64,000 nt of DNA from Macrostomum lignano (Eukaryota). Below, piece by piece: positions 25,301 to 35,722 of this stretch. Numbering within the stretch: position 1 is the first letter of the stretch; every line of letters begins with the position of its first letter. The notes under the pieces were generated by a model. It was not told where the DNA came from. It made no database searches and saw only the letters and a list, made by a program, of their open reading frames with translations. A program made the position numbers and the translations under genes. Where the stretch lies: positions 1 through 64,000 of the forward strand of contig NIVC01001970.1 of assembly GCA_002269645.1 (NCBI GenBank), read 5' to 3'.

Positions 25301-28300
25301 TCGTTGAGTTTCGGCTCCTCCTTGTAGCGTATGGACCCGTCTGATGTGAGCAGCATCTCACAGACGCCCATGTCGTCTATTTCTTGTTTCACTCGAACAG
25401 ATCCCATCATGACGGATGTCTCGAGGAACGATGCGCAGTCTCTCACTTCTAGCTCTTCTTTGTAGCGCATTGTCGTGTCTGATGTCTCCAACATCTCACA
25501 GAAGCCCATGTCGTTCACACTCTGGCTTACTCGAATGGACTCACTCAAGACAGTCGTTTCCAGGAATGAGGCGCATTCGTTGAGCTTCGGCTCTTCCTTG
25601 TAGCGTACCGACCCGTCTAATGTGGGCAGCATCTCACAGACGCCCATTTCATCGACTGGCTGTTCCACTTGAACTGAAGCCTCCTTCACAAGTGTCTCTA
25701 CTCTGATAGCGCCTTCCAGGAATGTGGTCTCGGAGAATGTGAAGCACTCGTTGAGTTTCGGCTCTTCCTTGTAGCGTACTGACCCGTCTGATTTGAGCAG
25801 CATCTCACAGACGCCCATTCCATCGACTGGCTGTTCCACTTGAACTGAAGCCTCCTTCACAAGTGTCTCTACTCGGATAGCGCCTTCCAGGAATGTGGTC
25901 TCGGAGAATGTGAAGCACTCGTTGAGTTTCGGCTCCTCCTTGTAGCGTATGGACCCGTCTGATGTGAGCAGCATCTCACAGACGCCCATGTCGTCTATTT
26001 CTTGTTTCACTCGAACAGATCCCATCATGACGGATGTCTCGAGGAACGATGCGCAGTCTCTCACTTCTAGCTCTTCTTTGTAGCGCATTGTCGTGTCTGA
26101 TGTCTCCAACATCTCACAGAAGCCCATGTCGTTCACACTCTGGCTTACTCGAATGGACTCACTCAAGACAGTCGTTTCCAGGAATGAGGCGCATTCGTTG
26201 AGCTTCGGCTCTTCCTTGTAGCGTACCGACCCGTCTAATGTGGGCAGCATCTCACAGACGCCCATTTCATCGACTGGCTGTTCCACTTGAACTGAAGCCT
26301 CCTTCACAAGTGTCTCTACTCTGATAGCGCCTTCCAGGAATGTGGTCTCGGAGAATGTGAAGCACTCGTTGAGTTTCGGCTCTTCCTTGTAGCGTACCGA
26401 CCCGTCTGATGTGAGCAGCATCTCACAGACGCCCATTCCATCGACTGGCTGTTCCACTTGAACTGAAGCCTCCTTCACAAGTGTCTCTACTCTGATAGCG
26501 CCTTCCAGGAATGTGGTCTCGGAGAATGTGAAGCACTCGTTTAGTTTCGGCTCTTGCTTGTAACGTACCGACCCGTCTGATGTGAGCAGCGTCTCAGAAA
26601 CGCCCATCTCATCCACGGTTGGCTCTGCTCGCACACCAGTCGTTTTGTGTATAAGCTCAAGCGAGCTGGCGCACTCTTCGACCTGCGGTTCGTCCTTGAA
26701 TCTTACGTTTTCGCTCGCGCTTAGTACCTCGTTGTATACGCCAATCTCTCCGACTTCTTGATTGACTTGCACAGAAGCTTCTTGGACTTTAGTTTTCGTA
26801 CGAACGAAGCCTGACTTGACCAACAACTCAAGCGAGCTGGCGCACTCTTCGACCTTCGGTTCATCCTTGAATCTCATGGCACCATGAGAGAACATAAATT
26901 GCTCACAGACGCCCATCTCATCTACGGTCGGCTGTGCTCGTACACCAGCATTTTCGTGCATAAATTCAAGCGAGCTGTTGCACTGTAGAATTTTCGGCAT
27001 GTTACTGAATTTTACGTTGCTGTTAACTGCTTTGATTTTTTCCACTTCTTCAGCAAATCCCAGTTCGCTGACGACTTGTTTGGCTGTTACAGAAACGTCT
27101 TTCGTTGTCATCTGTGCTTTGGTGTTGCTTTCCTTATAAGATTTTTCTAAGTGGGAGAAACACTCTCGAATTTTTGTCTCCTCTTTGCATAAAACAGACG
27201 CATCTTCGGTTGAAATTTCCATTTCAACGCTCATGCACGCAAGTTTTGGGCTTACGGAGATGCTGCTTTCGCCTGTGAAAGAATCTGTTTGAAGTGCGGC
27301 TTCACTAAAGTGGTTCTCATAGTGCACTTCGCAAGTGCTGAGTTTTTCCTGAGTTTTTTCTTCAGTTTTGCAATTTACACTGCTATCCGCAAATTCCAGG
27401 TCAAATGAACACTCAAAATCTGAAATTTGGTTTTCGATTACGCAGTTGACTCCCTGTTCGGCAGTGACTAGCTCCTGAGACAGGTGCATATATTTTATTT
27501 GTTGCTTAACAACTAAAACCGATTCCTCTGTTTCACAGGTCGTTTTTACGCAGGCATCTTGAACTTCTACTTTTCTCGGTGGTTGAGTTGCCATGAGCTT
27601 TTTACGGTTTGTCTCCTCTTCGATTTTTATCTCGATGTCGATGTCTACGCTTTGTCTTCCGAATCTCTCATCCACCTGTTCAGCAACATAAAGGGAGTCT
27701 GTGTCAGTTTGCCTAACCCGGCTTTCGTACTTAATGAGTTTCTCTTCCGTCTCTACTGTTTGGCCAGACTGATCTGTTTGAGTCTCTGAGTCGCTGCTTT
27801 CTATTTCTAGACAGAACAGATCATTCTGCACAGTATAGTGCAGGTGGCAGGCAATCTTGCTCTCCGCCATCACGCTCTGCTTATCGCAACCTGTGCTGGC
27901 TATTGGTATCTGCGCAGTTTGACAGCCAGCCTCGCGCGTGACTGCTTGGGTTTTTCCAACAGCAGCACCGGTGCCGGAGCCTGAGCTTGAAGTCGCATTC
28001 GCTTCGCTTTCATTGGAGCTCGAAATTGCCGTTGCAAGCTTTCGCGTTTCCGAGTACTCTAACTTTTCTTTGACGTCAACTCTCAGCTGGGATCGGCCCT
28101 CAGATGCCGATGCAGCAGCGTACGCGGACTGAGAGTGCACTATCGGACTCGGAATATTTTCGTGCAGGTAGCGTTTTACTTCGGACTCGTACTCTTGAAT
28201 GTAGTTGTACACAGCCTGACGAAATACTGGATCCTCAATATCCTGAGTAGAGTTCTGTCGATATTCCGAATAACCCGCCTGCACAGATTTCGAAGTGGGA

Positions 28301-28602
28301 GACAGGAGCCCCACCGGACTCCTTGGGGGCGGTTTGGTCTGCGTGCTCTCGCTCATTGACGCACGTCTGAGCTGCTGGCGGACCTGATCCTTGGCGACTG
28401 TCAGATCCCGGATGCTGGTTAGGTCGACTGGCCTGGACTTGAGAAGGGGATACCACTCAGACTCGCGACTGTCGCGAAGGCTGCCTCTTCTACCTTCGAA
28501 TAGAAGATCGGTGGTGTCCATTCTCTGCGAGTTCGTTACCGATTGACCGTCTGTCTGCGAGCTCCCGGTGACTTGCACTGCTAGTGACTGGCTTTCACGC
28601 TG
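4312..28602 (-). CDS. Giant terminal exon (~24.3 kb, ~8,100 aa) of a plakin-family gene: unique TQT/VQV-motif region, then 57/46-aa higher-order repeats, then 46-aa A/B array, then short C-terminus ending KIFVTPFD*
   Basis: Acceptor CTACAG|CAGCGT at 28603/28602, phase 0, matching the upstream exon. Open for >4,000 codons (ORF 16414-28674). Beyond that the same peptide continues through many single-base frameshifts to the unique tail and stop at 4312-4314. Confidence 0.8.
4560..19270 (-). repeat. Coding tandem array of 138-bp (46-aa) units, mostly alternating A (SDSTM...TSF) and B (SVGSV...TSV) as a 276-bp dimer, ~105 units
   Basis: Period 138 bp (e.g. cccatgtcc at 9531 and 9669). B unit MGVCEMLQTSVGSVRYKEELEVRECASFLETSVMVGSVRAKQDVED. 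Copy number estimated from length. Confidence 0.95.
19200..26600 (-). repeat. Coding higher-order repeat block: nine HORs of (171 bp)n + 138 + 138 bp, n=2-5, 29 copies of the 57-aa unit
   Basis: Marker AATGTGGGC (MLPTLDG unit) at ~19413, 20201, 21161, 22121, 22911, 23700, 24489, 25620 and 26237. Spacings of ~789, 960, 960, 789, 789, 789, 1131 and 618 equal n x 171 + 276. Confidence 0.9.
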
Positions 28603-28687
28603 CTGTAGATCAATGGGTAGGTAATAAAAACAGTTTTTGATGTGCAAAACTGATCCAAATTTAACTTGAGTCAAATTTTCTGCTTAC

Positions 28688-28811
28688 TTGGACGCTTTGA
28701 TTAACTGTTGTTGATTTTCTGACCTCTGTCAAACGAGTTGAGTAGAGACTCCAATCCTGCATCCGGGTCTGCAGATCTTCCATTTGTTTGCCACTTTCTT
28801 CCTGCATTTTC
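28688..28811 (-). CDS. Plakin gene exon 8 (KMQEESGKQMEDLQTRMQDWSLYSTRLTEVRKSTTVNQSVQ)
   Basis: Acceptor TTTTGCAG|G (phase 2), donor CAA|GTAAGC (phase 0). An 85-nt intron leads to the giant exon. Helical, spectrin-like peptide. Confidence 0.8.
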
Positions 28812-28851
28812 CTGCAAAATTCATTGAGAAGTTACTTATAAGAGCGTATAT

Positions 28852-29548
28852 AGAGCGTTCTCAGGAACAGACTGGAGCGTGCTCACAAACAGACTGGAGC
28901 ATGCTCACAAACAGACTGGAGCGTTCTCAGAAACAGACTGGAGCGTGCTCACAAACAGACTGGAGCATGCTCACAAACAGACTGGAGCGTGCTCACAAAC
29001 AGACTGGAGCATGCTCACAAACAGACTGGAGCATGCTCACAAACAGACTGGAGCGTGCTCACAAACAGACTGGAGCGTGATCGCAAACAGACTGGAGCAT
29101 GCTCACAAACAGACTGGAGCATGCTCACAAACAGACTGGAGCATGCTCACAAACAGACTGGAGCATGCTCACAAACAGACTGGAGCATGCTCACAAACAG
29201 ACTGGAGCGTGCTCACAAACAGACTGGAGCGTGATCACAAACAGACTGGAGCATGCTCACAAACAGACTGGAGCATGCTCACAAACAGACTGGAGCATGC
29301 TCACAAACAGACTGGAGCATGCTCACAAATAGACTGAAGCGTGCTCACAAACAGACTGGAGCGTGCTCACAAACAGACTGGAGCATGCTCACAAACAGAC
29401 TGGAGCATGCTCACAAACAGACTGGAGCATGCTCACAAACAGACTGGAGCGTGCTCACAAACAGACTGGAGCGTGATCACAAACAGACTGGAGCGTGATC
29501 ACAAACAGACTGGAGCGTGATCACAAACAGACTGGAGCGTGATCACAA
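28852..29548. repeat. 22-bp minisatellite (AAACAGACTGGAGCATGCTCAC)n, ~31 copies, intronic
   Basis: Direct tandem periodicity. Many units contain the palindrome GAGCATGCTC. Confidence 0.95.
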
Positions 29549-29585
29549 CAACACAAGAGTTCCACTAGAGTTGGCCCGAACTCAC

Positions 29586-29769
29586 TGTAGGACAGAAATG
29601 GCGGTCATCATCTGAGCCGACTCTTCCGTTAGCCCGCTGTGGTCGCGCTTGAAAAATTCCAACTGCTCGTTGAGGCATTTCCAGTTTCGCATGTGCTCAA
29701 GCAGCTTCTCAAGCAAAGATCGAAGCAGAACGGCGTCGCTCGAGCGAACCGTCGAACTCTGGTCCGGCG
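29586..29769 (-). CDS. Plakin gene exon 7 (PDQSSTVRSSDAVLLRSLLEKLLEHMRNWKCLNEQLEFFKRDHSGLTEESAQMMTAISVLQ)
   Basis: Acceptor TTCATCATTGCAG|CG (phase 1), donor CA|GTGAGT (phase 2). Both phases match the neighbouring exons. Confidence 0.75.
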
Positions 29770-29984
29770 CTGCAATGATGAAACGGTGTGGGGGCGTTTC
29801 AGCAAGCAAGTCGAAAAAACTCACCGTTAACTTCTGATAGCTCAAAACTCGACAGCATTGAAGAGAATTAGAATTTCAAGATTATAAAACTTAAAGTTTG
29901 CGAAAGTGACCAGAAAGTTTTCTCGACTATGTGATTTTTAATACCTGGACATTGAATTCTAAAGCCCGTGTAAAAGTCTCCAGT

Positions 29985-30685
29985 GTAAAAGCCCCTGGTG
30001 CTAAAGCCCGTGGTGCTAAATCCCCTGGTGCTAAAGCCCCTGGTGCTGAAGCCCGTGGTGCTAAAGCCCGTGGTGCTAAAGCCCCTGGTGCTAAAGCCCG
30101 TGGTGCTAAAGCCCGTGGTGCTAAAGCCCCTGGTGCTAAAGCCCGTGGTGCTAAAGCCCGTGGTGCTAAAGCCCCTGGTGCTAAAGCCCGTGGTGCTAAA
30201 GCCCGTGGTGCTAAAGCCCCTGGTGCTAAAGCCCGTGGTGCTAAAGCCCCTGGTGCTAAAGCCCCTGGTGCTAAAGCCCCTGGTGCTAAAGCCCCTGGTG
30301 CTTAAGCCCCTGGTGCTAAAGCCCGTGGTGCTAAAGCCCCTAGTGCTAAAGCCCCTGGTACTAAAGCCCCTGGTGCTAAAGCCCGTGGTGCTAAAGCCCC
30401 TGGTGCTAAAGCCCGTGGTGCTAAAGCCCCTGGTGCTAAAGCCCGTGGTGCTAAAGCTCGTGGTGCTAAATCCCCTGGTGCTAAAGCCCCTGGTGCTGAA
30501 GCCCGTGGTGCTAAAGCCCGTGGTGCTAAAGCCCCTGGTGCTAAAGCCCGTGGTGCTAAAGCCCGTGGTGCTAAAGCCCCTGGTGCTAAAGCCCGTGGTG
30601 CTAAAGCCCGTGGTGCTAAAGCCCCTGGTGCTAAAGCCCGTGGTGCTAAAGCCCGTGGTGCTAAAGCCCGTGGTGCCAAAGCACC
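29985..30685. repeat. 15-bp minisatellite (GCCC[C/G]TGGTGCTAAA)n, ~46 copies, intronic
   Basis: Direct tandem periodicity with two interspersed variants. Confidence 0.95.
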
Positions 30686-30801
30686 TGGAACTGGAGTTTG
30701 ATTGAATTCTCAGATTGAATTACTGGAGTCCTTTGGTACCTTAAAGCCCATACCCGTTAGGTAGATTATTTGAAACGTAATTATCAGCATGAATAACTCA
30801 C

Positions 30802-30952
30802 AACTGAGCACGAGTCGGTCTCGAACGGCTTGAACCGCTTCAACCAGCTGACTGCGCTGCTGGCCCTCGTCTCCCAGTAGGCCGTCACTGAGGGCTTCCT
30901 CCAGCTGGGTGAGAAAGTTCAGGAATGTCAGCTGAGCTGATGGCTCCGCAGT
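30802..30952 (-). CDS. Plakin gene exon 6 (TAEPSAQLTFLNFLTQLEEALSDGLLGDEGQQRSQLVEAVQAVRDRLVLS)
   Basis: Acceptor CCTTATAG|ACT (phase 0), donor T|GTGAGT (phase 1). GC-rich amphipathic-helix-like coding stretch. Confidence 0.75.
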
Positions 30953-31053
30953 CTATAAGGGTGCAATGAAGAGCTTACTGTCTGATAAAATCTTATTATA
31001 GTTAAAAAGAAACTACGTTTGAAACAGATTTTAGTCAGCGTTAAACAGCTCAC

Positions 31054-31165
31054 CACGGTGTCATTGCTGAGCAGCTTCTGCAAATAGTCGGAGTAGAACT
31101 GCGTCAGCCACTGCTGAACTTCGGTTAGCAGACTTGCCCACGTGTTGCGCAGCTTGCGTCGAATT
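31054..31165 (-). CDS. Plakin gene exon 5 (IRRKLRNTWASLLTEVQQWLTQFYSDYLQKLLSNDTV)
   Basis: Acceptor CTTTTCTAG|A (phase 2), donor GTG|GTGAGC (phase 0). Corresponds to the post-SH3 helix with conserved Trp in plakin domains. Confidence 0.8.
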
Positions 31166-31373
31166 CTAGAAAAGTTTTTTGTGTGTTAGGAACTTTTTAA
31201 TTTAAAAAAGGTACTACGGAAGTGTAGAGGTCATTACGTTAAAAGTAATAAAAATCGTTTGTACAATAATTATCCCGACGAAAATCATTGCTCCAGTAGC
31301 TAGCCAAAAAATAATAACCTAACCGTAAATACCGGAAAACTTCTGTTTCTTAGAAAACAACAACAACAACAAC

Positions 31374-32391
31374 CGACCCGACCCGATCCGGGATCAAGCC
31401 AAGCTGGAATCCGAGCAGATTCTGCATTGCCCACGCCGGGAATCGAACTGGATCAGAAACAAGCCCTGGCTTCCGAGAATCGAGGATCGGGTCACCCTTT
31501 GCGAGCACCTGACTCAGCCGGTCTCCAGGAACGATCCGCCAGAGACCAGGCGGTCGGCGACGGAAGACACCATTAAATCATGGGGCGACCGCAAGATCCA
31601 CTATTTCACCGACGGATCTGCATCCGAAGGAACGGAGAATGGAGGGGCAGCCTGTGTGGCAGTCGCCCCTACTTCGGGCCAGGTGGTTTGGATTGAGGGA
31701 GCTGCTACCGGGCGCTGGTGTGGCTCGTTCCAAGCTGAACTCTCAGCTCTGCACCTCGCCCTGGACCACATCCTTGAGACTAAGCAGGACTCTGCCCTGA
31801 TCCTCACCGACAGCCAATCGGCCATTGCGGCGCTCAGAGGTCGGCAGCACTCCCTGAACCCTCTGCTCGAGTCGCTCAAGCGCAAGCTGACGCAGGTGGA
31901 GAGCCACGCCGACGTGGTCCTGCAGTGGATCCCAGGTCATTCTGGGACTCCCGGTAACGAGAGAGCCGACACCGAGGCAAAGAACGCCTGTCTGCTCCCC
32001 AGGACCTTCTAGGGATCGACATCGAGGCCGCCCGAAGCCGCATACGCCGTCTCATCAACTATAAGCCTCTCCTGAATGACCGGCTGAAGCGGGTCTACAG
32101 CAAGACCCCCTCGATGCCTGCTCGCCCTCGCGCGCTTCAGGTTTCCATAGCTCAAATGCGTGCCGGTCACGATCCTTCTACGGCGTACTATCAGCACCGA
32201 ATAGGCACTAGGGAGGATAGCAGATGCCTCCGGTGCGACCTCTTAGAAGACAAGGACCACTTCCTCGAATGTCCGGCCCTGGCCGGAGCTCGGCACGCGA
32301 CGGACCTACACCAACTGGAGGACTTGGCCGATGGCGATCTGGTGGCTAGGTTCTTGGACTGCCTGCATAGGCAGCCCTAGACCACCTTCCG
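31374..32391 (+). mobile_element. 5'-truncated non-LTR retrotransposon (I-group-like) with RNase H and C-terminal CCHC
   Basis: YFTDGS...QAELSAL...ILTDSQSA...LQWIPGHSGTPGNERADTEAK (RNase H). After one frameshift near 32000: IAQMRAGH...CLRCDLLEDKDHFLEC. Ends in a (CAA)n tail. Confidence 0.85.
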
Positions 32392-32395
32392 CAAC

Positions 32396-32471
<76 letters not shown>
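32392..32471. repeat. (CAA)~25 microsatellite shared as the 3' tail of two opposed LINEs
   Basis: Directly visible; a shorter CAA run also precedes the left element at ~31357-31373. Confidence 0.95.
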
Positions 32472-33045
32472 AGTACACTGGATAGTCTCCAGTGTCACAG
32501 GGTGCGTCTCAAGGCCAGAGTGCGAACATTGGCCGCTCCGCCGGCAGAGTCCAGGGCGCCGGCGTCAGCCAGCAGGCAGTCGACGAAACGCCGAGTGCGC
32601 GCCTGTCCTCGCCGGTAGGGTGCCTGCAGTGTCAGCAGCAGCACCTCCTGCACCGGCTCTGGGCAGTACGACTCGGCGCGGATGATGTGGCCTGCCAGCT
32701 GGAGTCGCCGACGGCGCAGCAGGTCACTTGGACGGGCCCGGCCGTCGCGGCGATAGAGTGCCGCGTTGGTGACTCGCTCGTCGCCGATCTTGAAGGCGGC
32801 GCGCAGCAGGCCAGCGTGCGCCGCGTCGACTTGATGTTCGAGCGAGTCTGTCAGCGTCCAGGTCTCGGCGTTGTAAAGCAGGCCGGTTTCGACTACCGCC
32901 TGAAACAAAGCCGCCCTCTGGCGGTCCGGAAGGGCCTCAGACTGCAGGACCGCCCTCACAGAGCGGAAGGCAGCCCAGGCAAGCCCGCGGCGACGACGCA
33001 GATCCTCGCGTACGTCGGGAACCAGACCACCGAGGTAGACGAACT
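32472..33045 (-). mobile_element. 5'-truncated RTE-clade LINE (RT end/thumb and C-terminus)
   Basis: FVYLGGLV...DLRRRRGLAWAAFR...LFQAVVETGLLYNAETWTLT...LRRRRLQLAGHIIRA, typical of RTE ORF ends. Stop at 32495-32497, then a very short 3' UTR and a (TTG)n tail. Confidence 0.85.
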
Positions 33046-33169
33046 AACTCTTAGAAAGTTATTTCAAAAACTTCTAAACACTACATTTAATGTAGCAGCG
33101 CCCTGGGCCTCCAATAATTTTTATCCACCCTCCCTTTCTCCTCTGTGATACCTGTGCCCCGAGATGAGC

Positions 33170-33505
33170 CATTGGGATGACTCATTGGGATGACTCATTG
33201 GGATGACTTATTGGGATGACTCATTGGGATGACTCTTTGGGATGACTAATTGGGATGACTTATTGGGATGACTTATTGGGATGACTCATTGGGATGACTC
33301 ATTGGGATGACTCATTGGGATGACTCATTGGGATGACTCATTGGGATGACTCATTGGGATGACTCATTGGGATGACTCATTGGGATGACTCATTGGGATG
33401 ACTCATTGGGATGACTCATTGGGATGACTCATTGGGATGACTCATTGGGATGACTCATTGGGATGACTCATTGGGATGACTCATTGGGATGACTCATTGG
33501 GATGA
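33170..33505. repeat. 13-bp minisatellite (CATTGGGATGACT)n, ~26 copies
   Basis: Direct tandem periodicity; most unit junctions read TGACTCA. Confidence 0.95.
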
Positions 33506-34784
33506 GTTATCACAATGACTCCTGCTTATCGCCCACCCGCTCCCCCGAGCACCAACCCCACCTGTTTTCTGTTGTTCGAAGTCAATCATGTGACAGCTTT
33601 ACGACCGCCTATATGTGCCCAAGCTTTTCCCCGCCTGTTACATAATCCCCCATAATCAATAATTTTCTCCGCTTCTCCCTACCCCAATGTCTCCTCTAAT
33701 CATAGCGCGGCTGGCGGGTGAACTCATCAGAGTTGCTTGATAACAGAGGTCAAGGACAGGTCACGGTCTTGCGTCACACATGATCTCGGGGCTATAAATA
33801 GGAGCTTGTCTTGAGCCCTGAGCGGCATCTTCCCCTCTCCTGTCCGCTGGGTTTCAGTCCCTCTTGCAGTTCTGTTTTCTCGCGACACCGAACCTTCCCT
33901 GAAAACTGAAAGCACCCGAACTGGCAACTTTTCCCAGCTTTTATCTGGACCGACCCTTGAATCTCCCCCCATTGCTCTTAGTCGTGTTATGAAGTGTGAG
34001 TAGAGAGTGCGCCTGTCACAAGGCATGGAATAGAAGCTGAGGATCAGAGTGGAGATCACCGAGTATGAGCCAAACCCAATCAAATAATCATAGCAGTAAC
34101 AGTGCTTCTAAATAAGTCCCTGTAGAATGTGCACCACGAGAGAGCTCTGGAACCTGCACTTCCTCATCCCCCTGCCGCATCGAATCCATCTATATGAACT
34201 GGAAAGACATTAAAATGGCGTCATCTATTATCCACCCTCGAGATCCTGAGGCTTAGGAGGGAATTTTGGTCTAGAATTATCGCTTACCAGCTAGAAGATC
34301 CCCCTATGCAAAAATCCTCATTTCCAGCACGGACTAGACTGTCCTTGTATTACTCGCATGGAGTCCCTCAATCGGCCATCTCTAGTACAGTTGCGTCAAG
34401 AACCTTCGTCTGTTATACAGACCGGGAGTTCCGTCTCGTTTGTGGGAGTTTTCACCGGGTGTACTCCTGCACAGGTTACTGGTGGCGACCGCGCCTCTGG
34501 CGTGTACCTTCAAACAACCCGGGCCCGTTGTCAAGATAGTGGGACCTTGGCCGCAAAGTCAGCTACCGCACCATCCAGAAGTGGACAACGTCTTGGGGAC
34601 ACATGTCCTAAGCAATTTAGCGTCCCTAAAGTTACGGCATGTTTTTTTCGATTGACTCCTTTCATTGCATTCTTTCTGTTAATGTCTATTTGGTTATACA
34701 TTAAAGTTATACGAAGAGTTAACCATTCGTTGGTGAGAATGCAAAATTTTTGGGGAAATCGGTGGGGAAATTAGGCTGACTCAC

Positions 34785-34939
34785 ACGACAGCCACTTCAA
34801 CAGCCTCAGTGTCTGGCGGCGGCAGCCAGATGCAGATGCTGGGCACCTCCATCACTGTTCCATCGGCCTTGGCCACCTTCCAGTTGAATGAGTTTGAGTT
34901 GTCCAGTACTGTCACCTCCTCGGAGTTGTTCAGAGTGTT
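34785..34939 (-). CDS. Plakin gene exon 4: SH3 domain of the plakin domain (NTLNNSEEVTVLDNSNSFNWKVAKADGTVMEVPSICIWLPPPDTEAVEVAV)
   Basis: Matches the plakin SH3 signature L.DNS....WKV....G....VPS.C..(L/V)PPP..EA of plectin/BPAG1/desmoplakin. Acceptor TCTCTCCCACCAG|AAC (phase 0), donor GT|GTGAGT (phase 2). Confidence 0.9.
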
Positions 34940-34957
34940 CTGGTGGGAGAGAATAGA

Positions 34958-35172
34958 ATGCATAGTGAGCATAGGATGCATAGTGAGCATAGGATGCATC
35001 AGTGAGCATAGGATGCATCAGTGAGCATAGGATGCATCAGTGAGCATAGGATGCATAGTGAGCATAGGATGCATAGTGAGCATAGGATGCATCAGTGAGC
35101 ATAGGATGCATCAGTGAGCATAGGATGCATCAGTGAGCATAGGATGCATCAGTGAGCATAGGATGCATAGTG
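34958..35172. repeat. 18/19-bp minisatellite (AGTGAGCATAGGATGCAT[C])n, ~11-12 copies
   Basis: Direct tandem periodicity, intronic. Confidence 0.9.
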
Positions 35173-35194
35173 AGTGAACATCGGAACATGCATA

Positions 35195-35722
35195 TCCCAC
35201 TGCAGACCCACATTGCAGACCCCACACTGCAGACCTCACACTGCAGACGTCACACTGCAGACCCAAGATTGCAGACCCCACACTGCAGACCCACATTGCA
35301 GACCCCACACTGCAGACCTCACACTGCAGACGTCACACTGCAGACCCAAGATTGCAGACCCCACACTGCAGACCCACATTGCAGACCCCACACTGCAGAC
35401 GTCACACTGCAGACCCAAGATTGCAGACCCCACACTGCAGACCCCACATTGCAGACCTCAACTGCAGACCCCAACTGCAGACCTCACACTGCAGACGTCA
35501 CACTGCAGACCCAAGATTGCAGACCCCACACTGCAGACCCACACTGCAGACCCACATTGCAGACCCAACACTGCAGACGTCACACTGCAGACCCAAGATT
35601 GCAGACCCCACACTGCAGACCCACATTGCAGACCCCACACTGCAGACCCCCCACTGCAGACGTCACACTGCAGACCCAAGATTGCAGACCCCACACTGCA
35701 GACCCCACACTGCAGACCCCAG
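35195..35722. repeat. Variable 13-15-bp minisatellite built on CTGCAGACC(C)CACA
   Basis: Dense [C/T]TGCAGAC cores with several spacer variants forming a loose higher-order pattern; abuts the previous array. Confidence 0.9.

Noticed and set aside
4560-26600. Repeats as canonical plakin (plectin) repeats or as a secreted adhesive protein
   Set aside because: The period is 46/57 aa rather than 38 aa and lacks plakin-repeat motifs; the N-terminus is a cytoplasmic plakin domain with no signal peptide.
28603-28674. ORF-track start of the 4086-aa ORF (MTQVKFG...)
   Set aside because: Non-ATG start lying inside the 85-nt intron 28603-28687.
29825-29833. Apparent 9-nt microexon (TATCAG|AAGTTAACG|GTGAGT)
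   Set aside because: In the phase-1 context required by the flanking exons it creates TAA; at best a poison exon, with no support.
28784-30705. ORFs with TNRLEHAHKQ, KAPGA/KARGA (histone H1-like) and VLKP repeats
   Set aside because: Translations of intronic 22-bp and 15-bp minisatellites, open in several frames by chance.
32331-32618. Poly-Q ORF
   Set aside because: Translation of the LINE (CAA)n tail.
33590-34740. Possible solo LTR (TATA-like CTATAAATAG near 33792)
   Set aside because: No convincing TG...CA termini with a target-site duplication were found.
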